Shown: positions 9,535-18,872 of the stretch, piece by piece | How positions within the stretch are numbered: the stretch's first letter is position 1 | Layout: every line of letters begins with the position of its first letter | Source of the DNA: an uncultured Chryseosolibacter sp. | Lineage (GTDB): Bacteria; Bacteroidota; Bacteroidia; Cytophagales; Cyclobacteriaceae | Reading direction: 5' to 3' | Length of the DNA stretch: 45,713 nucleotides | Assembly: GCA_966080355.1 (NCBI GenBank) | Contig: CBHROW010000001.1 | Location: 1 to 45,713 of the forward strand | Program-made: the position numbers and the translations under genes | Notes under the pieces: model-generated | Databases searched by the model: none | What the model was told of the DNA's origin: nothing | Seen by the model: only the letters and a program-made list of their open reading frames with translations

Positions 9535-10644
9535 CTAATCTAATACGATTGAAATCAGCTTTTGGAGGCGGTTTTCTTCTGATTCCCAATGCATATCAGA
9601 AGGAAGGGAAGTATAAAAATCTTGTGTTTTGAGTGCACGCACGACCTCCGCTGCATCCGGTTGTTCGAAGTCAACCGTTATCGCTGCATGAAAAGGGCGG
9701 CATAACTCAGACCACAGCGTGGGTCTTGACGTAATGATGATCGGTAGTTGATAAGCCAGGTATTCATAGAGTTTTGTCGGGGTTTTTTGATGGGTGACCT
9801 GACTGTATTCATAGGCGATAATGCCCGCGTTAGAAGTTAAGATCGCATCAAGGATCACATCGTGGGGCACGAGTCGATCGCCCCCGATGAGATGAATGAA
9901 GTTATATTTCTCAATTTGTGATTGAAGCGCTGACAGTTCACCGCGTATAGCGCAATATCCGATGATCGTCAGCGTAACGGAGGGATCGATCGCATGCATT
10001 TTTACAGCGAGTTCGATTGCCTTGAAGACGCCCGTGCTTCGCGACAGCGTACCCGTGAACAGGAGCTTCATTTCGTTTAACGTGGCCTTCCTTTTTTGCA
10101 TTGGTTTTCGCGCTTTGTTTTCGAAGATCGAAGACCGTCCTTTTACAAAAGGCAATTCATCCTGATAGATCTTTTCAGCAAGAAGGAAATGGTCGACAAA
10201 AAAAGAGGACAGCCTTTCCTTCCATCTCACATAGATGGCTGTGGGAAAACGAACGATGGAAGGAAACGTATGAGTATAACGTATGTTGTGAGAATAATTT
10301 TCCTGCACATCGTACATCAGCTTGCTTCCCGTAATAAGCTTAGCAATGATGGCCGTCACCAGAAGCTCATGTGTTGTGATGATGATCAATGCAGGCTTGA
10401 GCTGAATAAATTTCAAAAGCACGTGCCAGGACGCCTTGATCCGCTGCCACGACAGCCTTGAAAAATTTGGCAGTGCATGGATTGTCACGCGACCGTCCGC
10501 AGAATGACCTGATGGAAATCCTATGACGTGAACCTCATATCTCTCGACAGCCGCCAGGGAAAAAGCAAGCTTCTCAAACATTCTGGTGTCGTTCACCGGT
10601 TTGAGCACAGATGCCAGCACGATCCTCCTTTTGATTTCGGCCAT
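9535..10644 (-). CDS. Glycosyltransferase, GT-B fold (GT4-like)
   Basis: DTRMFEK, YDVQENY, LLFTGTL, PTKLYEYLAYQLPII (GT4-type nucleotide-sugar site). ATG 10644 preferred over TTG 10647. Confidence 0.8.
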   Translation of the reverse strand: MAEIKRRIVLASVLKPVNDTRMFEKLAFSLAAVERYEVHVIGFPSGHSADGRVTIHALPNFSRLSWQRIKASWHVLLKFIQLKPALIIITTHELLVTAIIAKLITGSKLMYDVQENYSHNIRYTHTFPSIVRFPTAIYVRWKERLSSFFVDHFLLAEKIYQDELPFVKGRSSIFENKARKPMQKRKATLNEMKLLFTGTLSRSTGVFKAIELAVKMHAIDPSVTLTIIGYCAIRGELSALQSQIEKYNFIHLIGGDRLVPHDVILDAILTSNAGIIAYEYSQVTHQKTPTKLYEYLAYQLPIIITSRPTLWSELCRPFHAAITVDFEQPDAAEVVRALKTQDFYTSLPSDMHWESEENRLQKLISIVLD

Positions 10645-10716
10645 CAAGTGTATTACCGTTAATAGTTAATTATTAATATTGCCTTTTCATGCAAAATACA
10701 ATTAAGGCATTATAAA

Positions 10717-11529
10717 ATGGAATTGAAGGAAATCACCGAGCGCGCCTGGGAGAACAGAACTTTGCTCCAGGAGGCGTCAACCCAATCTGCGATTCGCACC
10801 GTGGTGGAAAAACTCGATAAAGGCGAGATCAGAGTTGCTGAACCCATTGCCGATGGATGGCAGGTAAACGAGTGGGTCAAGAAAGCGGTGATCATGTATT
10901 TTCCTATTCAACAGATGGAGACTATCGAAGTCGGACCGTTTGAATTTCATGACAAGATCAAACTTAAGCGCAACTATAAGGCGCTTGGCGTTCGCGTTGT
11001 TCCGCATGCCATTGCGCGTCATGGCTCATTCCTCAGCAAGGGTGTGATCATGATGCCCTCTTATGTAAATATTGGAGCTTTTGTCGATGAGGGAACTATG
11101 GTTGATACCTGGGCTACCGTTGGAAGTTGCGCGCAGATCGGCAAGAACGTACATCTTAGCGGTGGTGTTGGAATAGGTGGGGTGCTCGAGCCGGTTCAAG
11201 CGGCACCGGTGATCGTGGAAGATAATGCCTTTATTGGTTCGCGCTGCATTATTGTCGAGGGCGTCCGTATTGGGAGAGAAGCCGTACTCGGTGCAAATGT
11301 AGTGCTTACGGGCAGTTCAAAGATCATTGATGTTACCGGAAATTCGCCAGTTGAATATAAAAATTACGTCCCCGAACGTTCCGTAGTTATCCCGGGTTCC
11401 TATACGAAAAAGTTTCCGGCAGGAGATTACCAGGTGCCTTGTGCATTGATCATCGGTAAAAGAAAAGAAAGCACCGATAAGAAAACTTCGCTTAATGACG
11501 CTTTACGCGACAACGGGGTTTCGGTCTAA
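10717..11529 (+). CDS. dapD: Tetrahydrodipicolinate N-succinyltransferase
   Basis: GEIRVAE, WQVNEWVKKAV, MPSYVNIGA, MVDTWATVGSCAQIG, GGVGIGGVLEP. Confidence 0.97.
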   Translation: MELKEITERAWENRTLLQEASTQSAIRTVVEKLDKGEIRVAEPIADGWQVNEWVKKAVIMYFPIQQMETIEVGPFEFHDKIKLKRNYKALGVRVVPHAIARHGSFLSKGVIMMPSYVNIGAFVDEGTMVDTWATVGSCAQIGKNVHLSGGVGIGGVLEPVQAAPVIVEDNAFIGSRCIIVEGVRIGREAVLGANVVLTGSSKIIDVTGNSPVEYKNYVPERSVVIPGSYTKKFPAGDYQVPCALIIGKRKESTDKKTSLNDALRDNGVSV

Positions 11530-11645
11530 CCGTTGAGCAGCAGGCACATGCGGAGACATCCGCCCATTCTGGCTTCATTGTTGAAGGTCAAAATTGAGCG
11601 TTGTCGGATGGCGTGGATTTCACATCGGGTTAATAAAGAATGTTT

Positions 11646-11653
11646 TAAATTTG
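11646..11653 (+). promoter_or_regulatory. Bacteroidota -7 promoter box
   Basis: TAAATTTG 16 nt upstream of ATG 11670. Confidence 0.45.
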
Positions 11654-11669
11654 GGTTGCTGTTAGTTTG

Positions 11670-12485
11670 ATGAGACGACTTTTTACGGTATTCATCTCTT
11701 TTTTGCTTCTCACCGGCTTTGTGTCTGAGCGGAATGATCTCTATCCGCCCGTAAAAAACGACAGTTTTACACGCGGAGAAGTATTGAAGTTTAAGATGAC
11801 CTACGGCATTTTCACCGTAGGACGCGGAAGCGCTACGATCCATCCCAATTATTTCAAATTAAACCACCGCGACTGCTTCAAGGTAGACGTCTTTGCAGAA
11901 ACAGTCGGTTTGGTGAACTGGGTTTCTGATGTGGAAGATCAATTCGGAGCTTACATCGACACATCTTCGTTGCTGCCACACTTATTTTATCGCAAGATCC
12001 GTGAAGGTAATTACCGGAAAGACGAGCAAACGTTCTTCGATCATGAAAACAGAAAGATCAAAGTAAGGACGGCCGATCGCAAAACAGGTAAATATAAGGA
12101 ACCGATATTCTACGATGCACCAGCGCACGTTCGCGATATGATTGCCGGATTTCTTTACCTGCGGACCATGGATTTATCAAATACACAGGTGGGCGATACA
12201 GTAAAAATATCAGGATTCTTCGAAGATGAATTTTATAACCTCAAAGTGATTTATAAAGGGCGGGCAACCATCAAGACCAAAGTCGGGAAGGTGAGAACGC
12301 TTGTATTCAAACCCGTAATGCCCGACAATAAACTCTTCGATGGTGAAAATTCAATCACCGCTTATTTCTCAGACGACAAGAACAGAATTCCCATCAGGAT
12401 CGATGCCGAGATGTTCATTGGCAGCGCAGGCGTAGAGCTTACCGATCATTCCGGGTTGAAGAATCCGCTCAATGTGGTAAAATAA
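11670..12485 (+). CDS. DUF3108-family exported protein
   Basis: Signal peptide, F..GE.L.F...YG, R.IREG.Y, ITAYFSDDKNRIPIRI, all characteristic of Bacteroidota DUF3108 proteins. Confidence 0.75.
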   Translation: MRRLFTVFISFLLLTGFVSERNDLYPPVKNDSFTRGEVLKFKMTYGIFTVGRGSATIHPNYFKLNHRDCFKVDVFAETVGLVNWVSDVEDQFGAYIDTSSLLPHLFYRKIREGNYRKDEQTFFDHENRKIKVRTADRKTGKYKEPIFYDAPAHVRDMIAGFLYLRTMDLSNTQVGDTVKISGFFEDEFYNLKVIYKGRATIKTKVGKVRTLVFKPVMPDNKLFDGENSITAYFSDDKNRIPIRIDAEMFIGSAGVELTDHSGLKNPLNVVK

Positions 12486-12496
12486 AGTAAACGTGT

Positions 12497-12657
12497 TCCG
12501 TCATTCTGAGCATGCACTTCCGCAGGAAGGCTTTGCGAAGAATCTGCGGCCACAGGTGATGATGAGCGTTAGCAGCCTGGTGGGTCGATCAGCGCGACTG
12601 CCACTACAGATTCTTCGGTTAGTTCTCGCGTTGCTCGAACCACCTCACAATGACGGA
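12497..12657. repeat. CGTC-type REP/MITE-like palindromic element
   Basis: Outer arms TCCGTCATTCTGAG / CTCACAATGACGGA (13/14) and perfect inner arms CGAAGAATCTG (12536-12546) / CAGATTCTTCG (12607-12617), between convergent genes. Confidence 0.75.
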
Positions 12658-12666
12658 GTGTAAAAG

Positions 12667-13071
12667 CTACGCAGCATTCTTCAGTAACTCAATAAATTTT
12701 TCCCGCGTAACAGGTTTCACTACATATCCTTTCACATTCTGATTTTTTTTGGCGCGCTCGATGTCCCGTGGATCGATCGAGGAACTTACCATATAAATGT
12801 TGATTGGTTTTGAAAGACTTTGTTTTAACGAATCGTAATCTTCGAGGAACATCCATCCATCGATCAATGGCATGTTGATGTCGAGGAAAATATAGTCGGG
12901 CAGGGAATCGGAGTTGGCAGAATTTTCGCGAATGAACTGGAGCGCGTCTTCGCCATTTTCAAATTGCAACACGGCATCTGTGATGGCGGTGGCCTTGATC
13001 GTTTTCATGGCGGTAAGCTGAAAGATCTTATCGTCATCTACGAGTGCAATGATCGGAGCCTTACTGCCCAT
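12667..13071 (-). CDS. Single-domain response regulator receiver
   Basis: LVDDD, IFLDINMP, VSSS, VVKP. Start placed at ATG 13071, overlapping the kinase stop by 11 nt. Confidence 0.92.
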   Translation of the reverse strand: MGSKAPIIALVDDDKIFQLTAMKTIKATAITDAVLQFENGEDALQFIRENSANSDSLPDYIFLDINMPLIDGWMFLEDYDSLKQSLSKPINIYMVSSSIDPRDIERAKKNQNVKGYVVKPVTREKFIELLKNAA

Positions 13072-15028
13072 CGTTTTGGTGTTTATTAAAGTTAACAAAA
13101 AAAGTGGTTCCGCTCCCTTCAATACTCGACACACTTATTTCACCACCCATCGCTTCTACCTGACTTTTGATCATAAAAAGGCCTATCCCGCGGCTTTCGG
13201 GATGGTGATGGAACGTTTTTCTCAACTTGAAGATCTGATGCGCATACCGTTCCAGGTTGATGCCCAAACCATTGTCGTTCACGGATAATATCAAATTGCC
13301 CTCTGCATTCTTGTAAGTTTCGAATTTGATACGCGGAGTGCGGCCCGGAGCGTGATACTTCAAAGCATTGTCGAGTAAATTAAGCATAACACTTTCCAGG
13401 TAAATGCCCGGATACAATACCGAATCTACTTTTGAAAAATCCGCGAGCACTTCCGCTTTTAATTCGGTGATACGCGCGTTCAGCATCGTTGTCACCTTTT
13501 GAAACACTAAACTGAAAAGCAATTCCTGCTTCGGAATGTTACGGTCTTGCTTTATCTTGAGCACTTCGTTGAGCTCGTTCAGCATCATTAGCGTGGTAGT
13601 TGCCGACTCCCGGAGCAATGCAATGTACTCCCCGCGCTCTTCGTTATTTTCTGCGGCATCATAAAAGCCGAGTAATGCCAGCATATTCCCTACCGGTGAG
13701 CGAAGATTATGAGAAACGATCTGGGTAAATTCCTGGAGCTGGTGATTCTTCCTGCGAAGCTCTTCCGCTACGGCAAAAAGCTTGGTATTCTGCTCAACCA
13801 TTTTTGCCTCAGCTACCTTGCGATTGGTGATGTCACGAAATTCGGTGACACGAATGGTGGAACCTGCGTGCGGCATGTTTTTCCCCCGTATCTCGAGAAA
13901 ATATTTACTGCCGTCTTTTCTGACCCCTTCCACATCGTACGTCTTGTCGTAGTCGCTTAGGATCCGCTCCATCACGAAGTCGCGCCATTCGGGAGCGATC
14001 AGCGTAAGGCCATTTTTTCCTATGAGCTCGTCATATGAATAACCGGTCAGATTGCATAAACCCTGGTTGCAATCGATGATCTTTCCCTTATCGTGGAGTC
14101 CGATACCTCCGAATGAAGCCTCCTGGAGGATTCGAAAGCGTTGTTCACTTTCGCGTAACGACTCTTCAGCCTGTACGCGCTCCGAAACATCATTCATCAT
14201 GCCGAGCATGCGCGCAGCTTTGCCATCTGCTCCCGGAAGGAAGACCCCCCGGTCGTGCATATAACAAAAGCTGCCGTCTTTTTTTCGGAATCGATAATAG
14301 ACGTCATAAGGCCTATTCAATTCCCGCGCCTTCGAAAACAAAGTGGACACCTCCGCGCGGTCATCCGGATGTATCAGCAGTGTCCAGTTATGGATATCGC
14401 CAAGTTCTTCAGGTTGGTAACCGAGAACTGTGTCGCTATTACCACTCCACACAATGTTGCCGCTATCGATATCGTAATCGTAGATCACTAAACCGGCTGA
14501 AGACGAGATGAGCTCATGTCGTGTTTTCCAATCCTCCCGCTCACGCTCAATGGATTTCTTTTCCGTGATATCCTGGATTGTTCCGGTCATTCGCACGGCC
14601 TGGCCCTTTTTTCCCCGGGAGATATTGGCGTAGACTTCGATCCATCGTATCGCCCCGTCACCGCGAACAATCCTGTAATGAATAAAATAATTTCTTCCAG
14701 AGGCCATGCTTGCCTGCATAGAATTCACTACGTGTTCGCGGTCGTCAGGGTGAACCAGGTTCATATAAGTTTCAAACGACCGCGAAAACGTTTTACTGCT
14801 GAGCTGAAAAATGTCAAAGACTTCACCGGACCAGTCCACTTTGCCGGTTTGCAGATCCCATTCCCAAATACCCATATGGGCAGCATTCAAAACGATGTCA
14901 AGCTGTCGCTTACTGTGGCGGAGTTTTTCGAGTGCGGCAGGAGTTAGTGCCTTCGGCTTGGATATCCGGGTTGATTTTTGCGCAGATGTGGAAGTGGAGT
15001 TTTGTCTCTTCCCGTTCTTTGGTGGCAT
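13061..15028 (-). CDS. Cytoplasmic PAS-domain sensor histidine kinase
   Basis: Three PAS/PAC repeats (VHPDDR, IHPDDR, IAPEWR), H-box SHNLRSP, N-box NLLDNALKY, DNGLG, GIGL; no TM segment. Confidence 0.93.
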   Translation of the reverse strand: MPPKNGKRQNSTSTSAQKSTRISKPKALTPAALEKLRHSKRQLDIVLNAAHMGIWEWDLQTGKVDWSGEVFDIFQLSSKTFSRSFETYMNLVHPDDREHVVNSMQASMASGRNYFIHYRIVRGDGAIRWIEVYANISRGKKGQAVRMTGTIQDITEKKSIEREREDWKTRHELISSSAGLVIYDYDIDSGNIVWSGNSDTVLGYQPEELGDIHNWTLLIHPDDRAEVSTLFSKARELNRPYDVYYRFRKKDGSFCYMHDRGVFLPGADGKAARMLGMMNDVSERVQAEESLRESEQRFRILQEASFGGIGLHDKGKIIDCNQGLCNLTGYSYDELIGKNGLTLIAPEWRDFVMERILSDYDKTYDVEGVRKDGSKYFLEIRGKNMPHAGSTIRVTEFRDITNRKVAEAKMVEQNTKLFAVAEELRRKNHQLQEFTQIVSHNLRSPVGNMLALLGFYDAAENNEERGEYIALLRESATTTLMMLNELNEVLKIKQDRNIPKQELLFSLVFQKVTTMLNARITELKAEVLADFSKVDSVLYPGIYLESVMLNLLDNALKYHAPGRTPRIKFETYKNAEGNLILSVNDNGLGINLERYAHQIFKLRKTFHHHPESRGIGLFMIKSQVEAMGGEISVSSIEGSGTTFFVNFNKHQNDGQ

Positions 15029-15144
15029 ACTGTTTTATCCAGTGAAAAGATAAGAGAAATAAACAAGTTGGTAAAAAGCCAAGAACTTGTACTTTCCTCT
15101 GTCTGACGGTTTTGCTAACTTTTAATTTCGCTAGTCCATCATAT

Positions 15145-15528
15145 ATGTTAAGAGAATTCAAGGAATTCGCGCTAAAAGGAAACGTTATCGACCTGGCGGT
15201 TGGCGTTATCATCGGAGGCGCTTTCGGCAAAATCATTACATCATTGGTCAATGACATCATTATGCCGTTGATCAATCCAGTCATGCCCGGGGGCGATTGG
15301 CGGACAATGGAAATCGGGCCGGGAATAAAGATCGGTTCATTCCTCGCCACCACGCTCGATTTTATCATCGTTGCATTTGTGATCTTCCTGATGGTAAAGG
15401 CGATTAACGTTATGAAACGCAAGGAAGAAGCCAAACCAGCAGGACCGGCTCAAGTGCCACCCGAGGTCGAGCTACTGAGTGAGATCAGAGACCTGCTGAA
15501 GAAGAACAATAGCGGGAGAGTGGTCTGA
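15145..15528 (+). CDS. mscL: Large-conductance mechanosensitive channel
   Basis: [21 protein letters not shown] and [10 protein letters not shown]; start set to ATG 15145. Confidence 0.97.
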   Translation: MLREFKEFALKGNVIDLAVGVIIGGAFGKIITSLVNDIIMPLINPVMPGGDWRTMEIGPGIKIGSFLATTLDFIIVAFVIFLMVKAINVMKRKEEAKPAGPAQVPPEVELLSEIRDLLKKNNSGRVV

Positions 15529-15572
15529 CCGGGCTGCCGGATTCCTGGCAACCGGAAACCCGTGGCTAGCGC

Positions 15573-16463
15573 CTACTTTTTGAATCGTTCTGCCACAACT
15601 AAATCCTTACTGCCAGAAGTATAGGCATAAAACCCGCTTCCGCTTTTCACCCCTTTATGTCCTGCCTGAACCATATTTACCAGCAATGGACATGGCGCAT
15701 ATTTAGGATTTCCGAATCCTTCGAACAGCACGTTTAATATTGAAAGACAAACATCGAGGCCAATGAAGTCGGCAAGCTGCAGGGGGCCCATCGGGTGGGC
15801 CATCCCGAGTTTCATCACCGTGTCGATCTCTTCGACTCCGGCAACACCTTCGTATAAAGAGTATATGGCCTCGTTGATCATGGGCATCAAAATGCGATTC
15901 GCAATGAAGCCTGGATAGTCGTTCACTTCCACCGGAATTTTTCCGAGCGCTTTGGACGCATGCATAACCTGATTGGTCACAGCGTCACTTGTGCTGTAGC
16001 CACGAATTACTTCAACGAGCTTCATCACCGGTACCGGATTCATAAAGTGCATGCCGATAACTTTGTCGGGGCGTTTTGTCACCGAGGCGATCTTGGTGAT
16101 TGAAATCGATGACGTATTGGAAGCGAGGATTGCGTTTGCAGGCGCAGCCTCATCGATCTCTTTAAATATCTTCAGCTTGAGATCGGCATTTTCAGTTGCA
16201 GCTTCCACAACCAGATCGGCATTCGCAACTCCGGCTTTGATGTCGGTATGGGTGATGATATTTTGAAGAGTTGCTCGCTTTACTTCCTCGGTGATGGCTT
16301 GCTTTGCGAGCTGTCGGTCGAGATTCTTTTCGATGGTCGCCAATGCCTTCTTCAATGCGTCAGGCGAAATGTCTATCAGGCTCACCTTGTAGGTCATTTG
16401 TGCAAACACGTGAGCGATTCCATTCCCCATCGTTCCCGAGCCGATTACTGCGATGTTCTTCAT
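15573..16463 (-). CDS. hbd: 3-hydroxybutyryl-CoA dehydrogenase
   Basis: GSGTMG Rossmann motif, VEAATE, SNTSS, GMHFMNPVP, HPMGPLQLAD; ATG 16463 lies downstream of a TATCTTTG box at 16487-16480. Confidence 0.93.
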   Translation of the reverse strand: MKNIAVIGSGTMGNGIAHVFAQMTYKVSLIDISPDALKKALATIEKNLDRQLAKQAITEEVKRATLQNIITHTDIKAGVANADLVVEAATENADLKLKIFKEIDEAAPANAILASNTSSISITKIASVTKRPDKVIGMHFMNPVPVMKLVEVIRGYSTSDAVTNQVMHASKALGKIPVEVNDYPGFIANRILMPMINEAIYSLYEGVAGVEEIDTVMKLGMAHPMGPLQLADFIGLDVCLSILNVLFEGFGNPKYAPCPLLVNMVQAGHKGVKSGSGFYAYTSGSKDLVVAERFKK

Positions 16464-16500
16464 GATTGAAAATTTCGCCCAAAGATATAAAAAGCTCGAA

Positions 16501-16582
16501 CTCTTTGCGGGCCTTCGCGCGCATTGCGTCTTTGCGTTGGAAATTTTTAACACGAAGACGCGAGGTACGCAAATCGCAAAGG
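16501..16582. repeat. Inverted pair of short-unit arrays (CTTTGCG-like / CGCAAAG-like)
   Basis: Left arm CTTTGCG, CTTCGCG, ATTGCG, CTTTGCG and right arm CACGAAG, CGCGAGG, CGCAAA, CGCAAAG around an AT-rich loop. Confidence 0.6.
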
Positions 16583-16618
16583 CTTGCCTGTGACGGCCAA
16601 TCCCGATAGGCGCGCTTA

Positions 16619-16996
16619 CTATTCAACAGACACTTCCTTCGCCAGGCCCATCGCATTGAATCTCACTACCAACTTTCGTGCGTGCATATTCGTTTCCCCT
16701 TTACAATCGGATGACGGTTCGAGGAAGTAATAATAGAATTTTTGATTGCGTTTGAACAGTTCATTGCGATCAGGGCGGCCGAGCATTTTTACGATTGTTA
16801 CTTCATCGAGAGCCAAAAGCTTTTCTTTTTCCGACTGGATGGCGGTGATCATTTCAGTGCGTTTTCCACCGCATCCGTTGCGATCATCTTTCCAGGCGTG
16901 ACCATCAATGCCAATCAATTCGGGAAGATCTTTTCCACATCCAAATAGAAACAAAAGGGCAACGGTTAACGAGCTAAGCGACCTGAATCTGCGCAT
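16619..16996 (-). CDS. Putative lipoprotein (SmpA/OmlA/BamE-like fold)
   Basis: Lipobox LFGC after a basic and hydrophobic leader; I..MLGRPD..FYYYF..LVVRFN pattern. Confidence 0.65.
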   Translation of the reverse strand: MRRFRSLSSLTVALLFLFGCGKDLPELIGIDGHAWKDDRNGCGGKRTEMITAIQSEKEKLLALDEVTIVKMLGRPDRNELFKRNQKFYYYFLEPSSDCKGETNMHARKLVVRFNAMGLAKEVSVE

Positions 16997-18206
16997 GTTG
17001 TTTCTGAAGAGAATAAAACCAGGAAAAAGAAATGATCAGATAAAGTCCAGCTACCGCATGCCAGTAGATCGGCCAGCTGAAAATATACGTGTAGTAGGCC
17101 AGGATCATTGGATAGGCAATTATCCGTAACCACTCCGACCATTTTACCCACGGTCGGTTTTCAAACAACACCCCGCAGTTCACTACCACGATCGTGATCA
17201 ATATGGTGATGAAAGCCTTTTGGCCGAGATCGAAATCTTTCGCCCTAAAAAGAAAAATTGAAGTGCCAACCAAACAAAGTGCGTACTGAAAAAGTACGTA
17301 TAAGTTGAGCGAAAGGGGAGAAGGTGTTTCATATTTCTTATACGCACTTTTGTCCACCGCAGGCGCGGGCCGATAGCCACCGAGTTCATCCGGAAGCCAA
17401 CCGGGTTTCATGAAAAGGTATTTTATCTTGTCTGTCCATTTGCGGATCTTTTTTAAATCGTTGCCCATCTCCGCATAATGGCTCACGTTTGCCCACGCTG
17501 CGTTCCAGCTGTTGATAGGTTTGGTGATTCCGTAGGTAGGTTTCTCTTCTTCTTCCTGAAATGTTCCAAACATTCTGTCCCAGATGATCAGTGACCCAGC
17601 GTGGTTTTTGTCGATGTACTTTGGATCACGTCCATGATGAACACGGTGATGAGAGGGCGTGTTGAAAATAAATTCGAACCAACGGGGAAGTTTGTTGATG
17701 GTCTCGGTGTGGATCCAGAATTGATAGAGTGTGTTGAATGCAGCGATCAGCGCAAAGTCGAGGGTGTGGAATCCGAGAAAAGCAATTGGCAAACTGAATC
17801 CGAACGTCCAAACAACCTGAAGCGAACTTTGGCGCAACGCAACCGATAGATTGTAGTCTTCGCTTTGATGATGAACCACGTGGCCGCCCCAAAACAGATT
17901 GATCTCATGACTCATCCGGTGTGCCCAGTAGTAGGCGAGGTCCACCAGCAAGATCAGCACAATCCAATAGAGCCAGTTTTTTTCCCACGTAAAAAAAGCG
18001 AAGTGCTCGAACAGGTATTGATAAATGCCGATTCCAAAAATTTTGAGAAACAAGCCTGACAGCTGTGACGTGATACCACAACTGAGGTTGGCGATAGCAT
18101 CAGGCAGGCGATAGAGCTTCTGATGTGTAAAGCGCTCCACCAACAACTCAATACCGATCAGGATGAAAAAGATCGGGATCGACAACACAATGGGATTCAG
18201 GTTCAC
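16974..18206 (-). CDS. Sterol desaturase / fatty-acid hydroxylase family membrane enzyme (alkylglycerol monooxygenase-like)
   Basis: Di-iron His motifs HRMSH, HVVHH, FWIH, HHRVHH; IIWDRMFGTF; GTG start. Confidence 0.88.
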   Translation of the reverse strand: MNLNPIVLSIPIFFILIGIELLVERFTHQKLYRLPDAIANLSCGITSQLSGLFLKIFGIGIYQYLFEHFAFFTWEKNWLYWIVLILLVDLAYYWAHRMSHEINLFWGGHVVHHQSEDYNLSVALRQSSLQVVWTFGFSLPIAFLGFHTLDFALIAAFNTLYQFWIHTETINKLPRWFEFIFNTPSHHRVHHGRDPKYIDKNHAGSLIIWDRMFGTFQEEEEKPTYGITKPINSWNAAWANVSHYAEMGNDLKKIRKWTDKIKYLFMKPGWLPDELGGYRPAPAVDKSAYKKYETPSPLSLNLYVLFQYALCLVGTSIFLFRAKDFDLGQKAFITILITIVVVNCGVLFENRPWVKWSEWLRIIAYPMILAYYTYIFSWPIYWHAVAGLYLIISFSWFYSLQKQHAQIQVA

Positions 18207-18244
18207 GCGGTTTTTGTTTTATTTGCATCCCAAATGTACTAACA

Positions 18245-18676
18245 ATGGTGTTAAAGATTTTTCGAGTGGTTTGGTTTCTTTCGGTTTTGACGCTCTTTGC
18301 CAGGCTGTTATATGGATATGCGGGCTGGGCTGAGGAGTTGGTCATCCAGGCGGGTGCTGTGCCAACCGCTATCGGTAAAGACCTGCTATTTTATCTTTTG
18401 GTGTTTGCCATTGTTGTCGTCAATGTGATAGTTTATGTCATCGGTAAAATGTTCGCGTCAAACGAGGACCTGCGAGTATGGGCGCATGCATTGGTGACTT
18501 CGATCAACATCTTTCTGATAGTCGCCATCAGTCTCATCAGCCTTTACAATGACAGATTCGATTATTCTCACATTGGTTTCATCATCTACGGAAGTGTTCT
18601 ATTGGTAATTTTGGCCGCTGCGGCCTGGCCGATCTATCTTTTATACCGGAAATTTTTTATTAAACAGGTAGTTTGA
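18245..18676 (+). CDS. Hypothetical membrane protein (about 4 TM helices)
   Basis: 143 aa ATG ORF filling the gap before parE, with four hydrophobic segments. Confidence 0.7.
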   Translation: MVLKIFRVVWFLSVLTLFARLLYGYAGWAEELVIQAGAVPTAIGKDLLFYLLVFAIVVVNVIVYVIGKMFASNEDLRVWAHALVTSINIFLIVAISLISLYNDRFDYSHIGFIIYGSVLLVILAAAAWPIYLLYRKFFIKQVV

Positions 18677-18872
18677 TTCAAAACTTCGGAGTCTTTCATA
18701 ATCAGTAAGTTATCGATTGTGATTTCACGGAATTTTGTAGTTCATCGCAACGTTCAATTTATGGTAGTGACGTTGAAAATCGCGTTATTCGTATAGATTC
18801 GCATTTTTTAAGCGCTAACGGAAGTGATTTTTTCAACTGTTGGTCTTTCTTAATTCTATCCCGATTTAGTGT

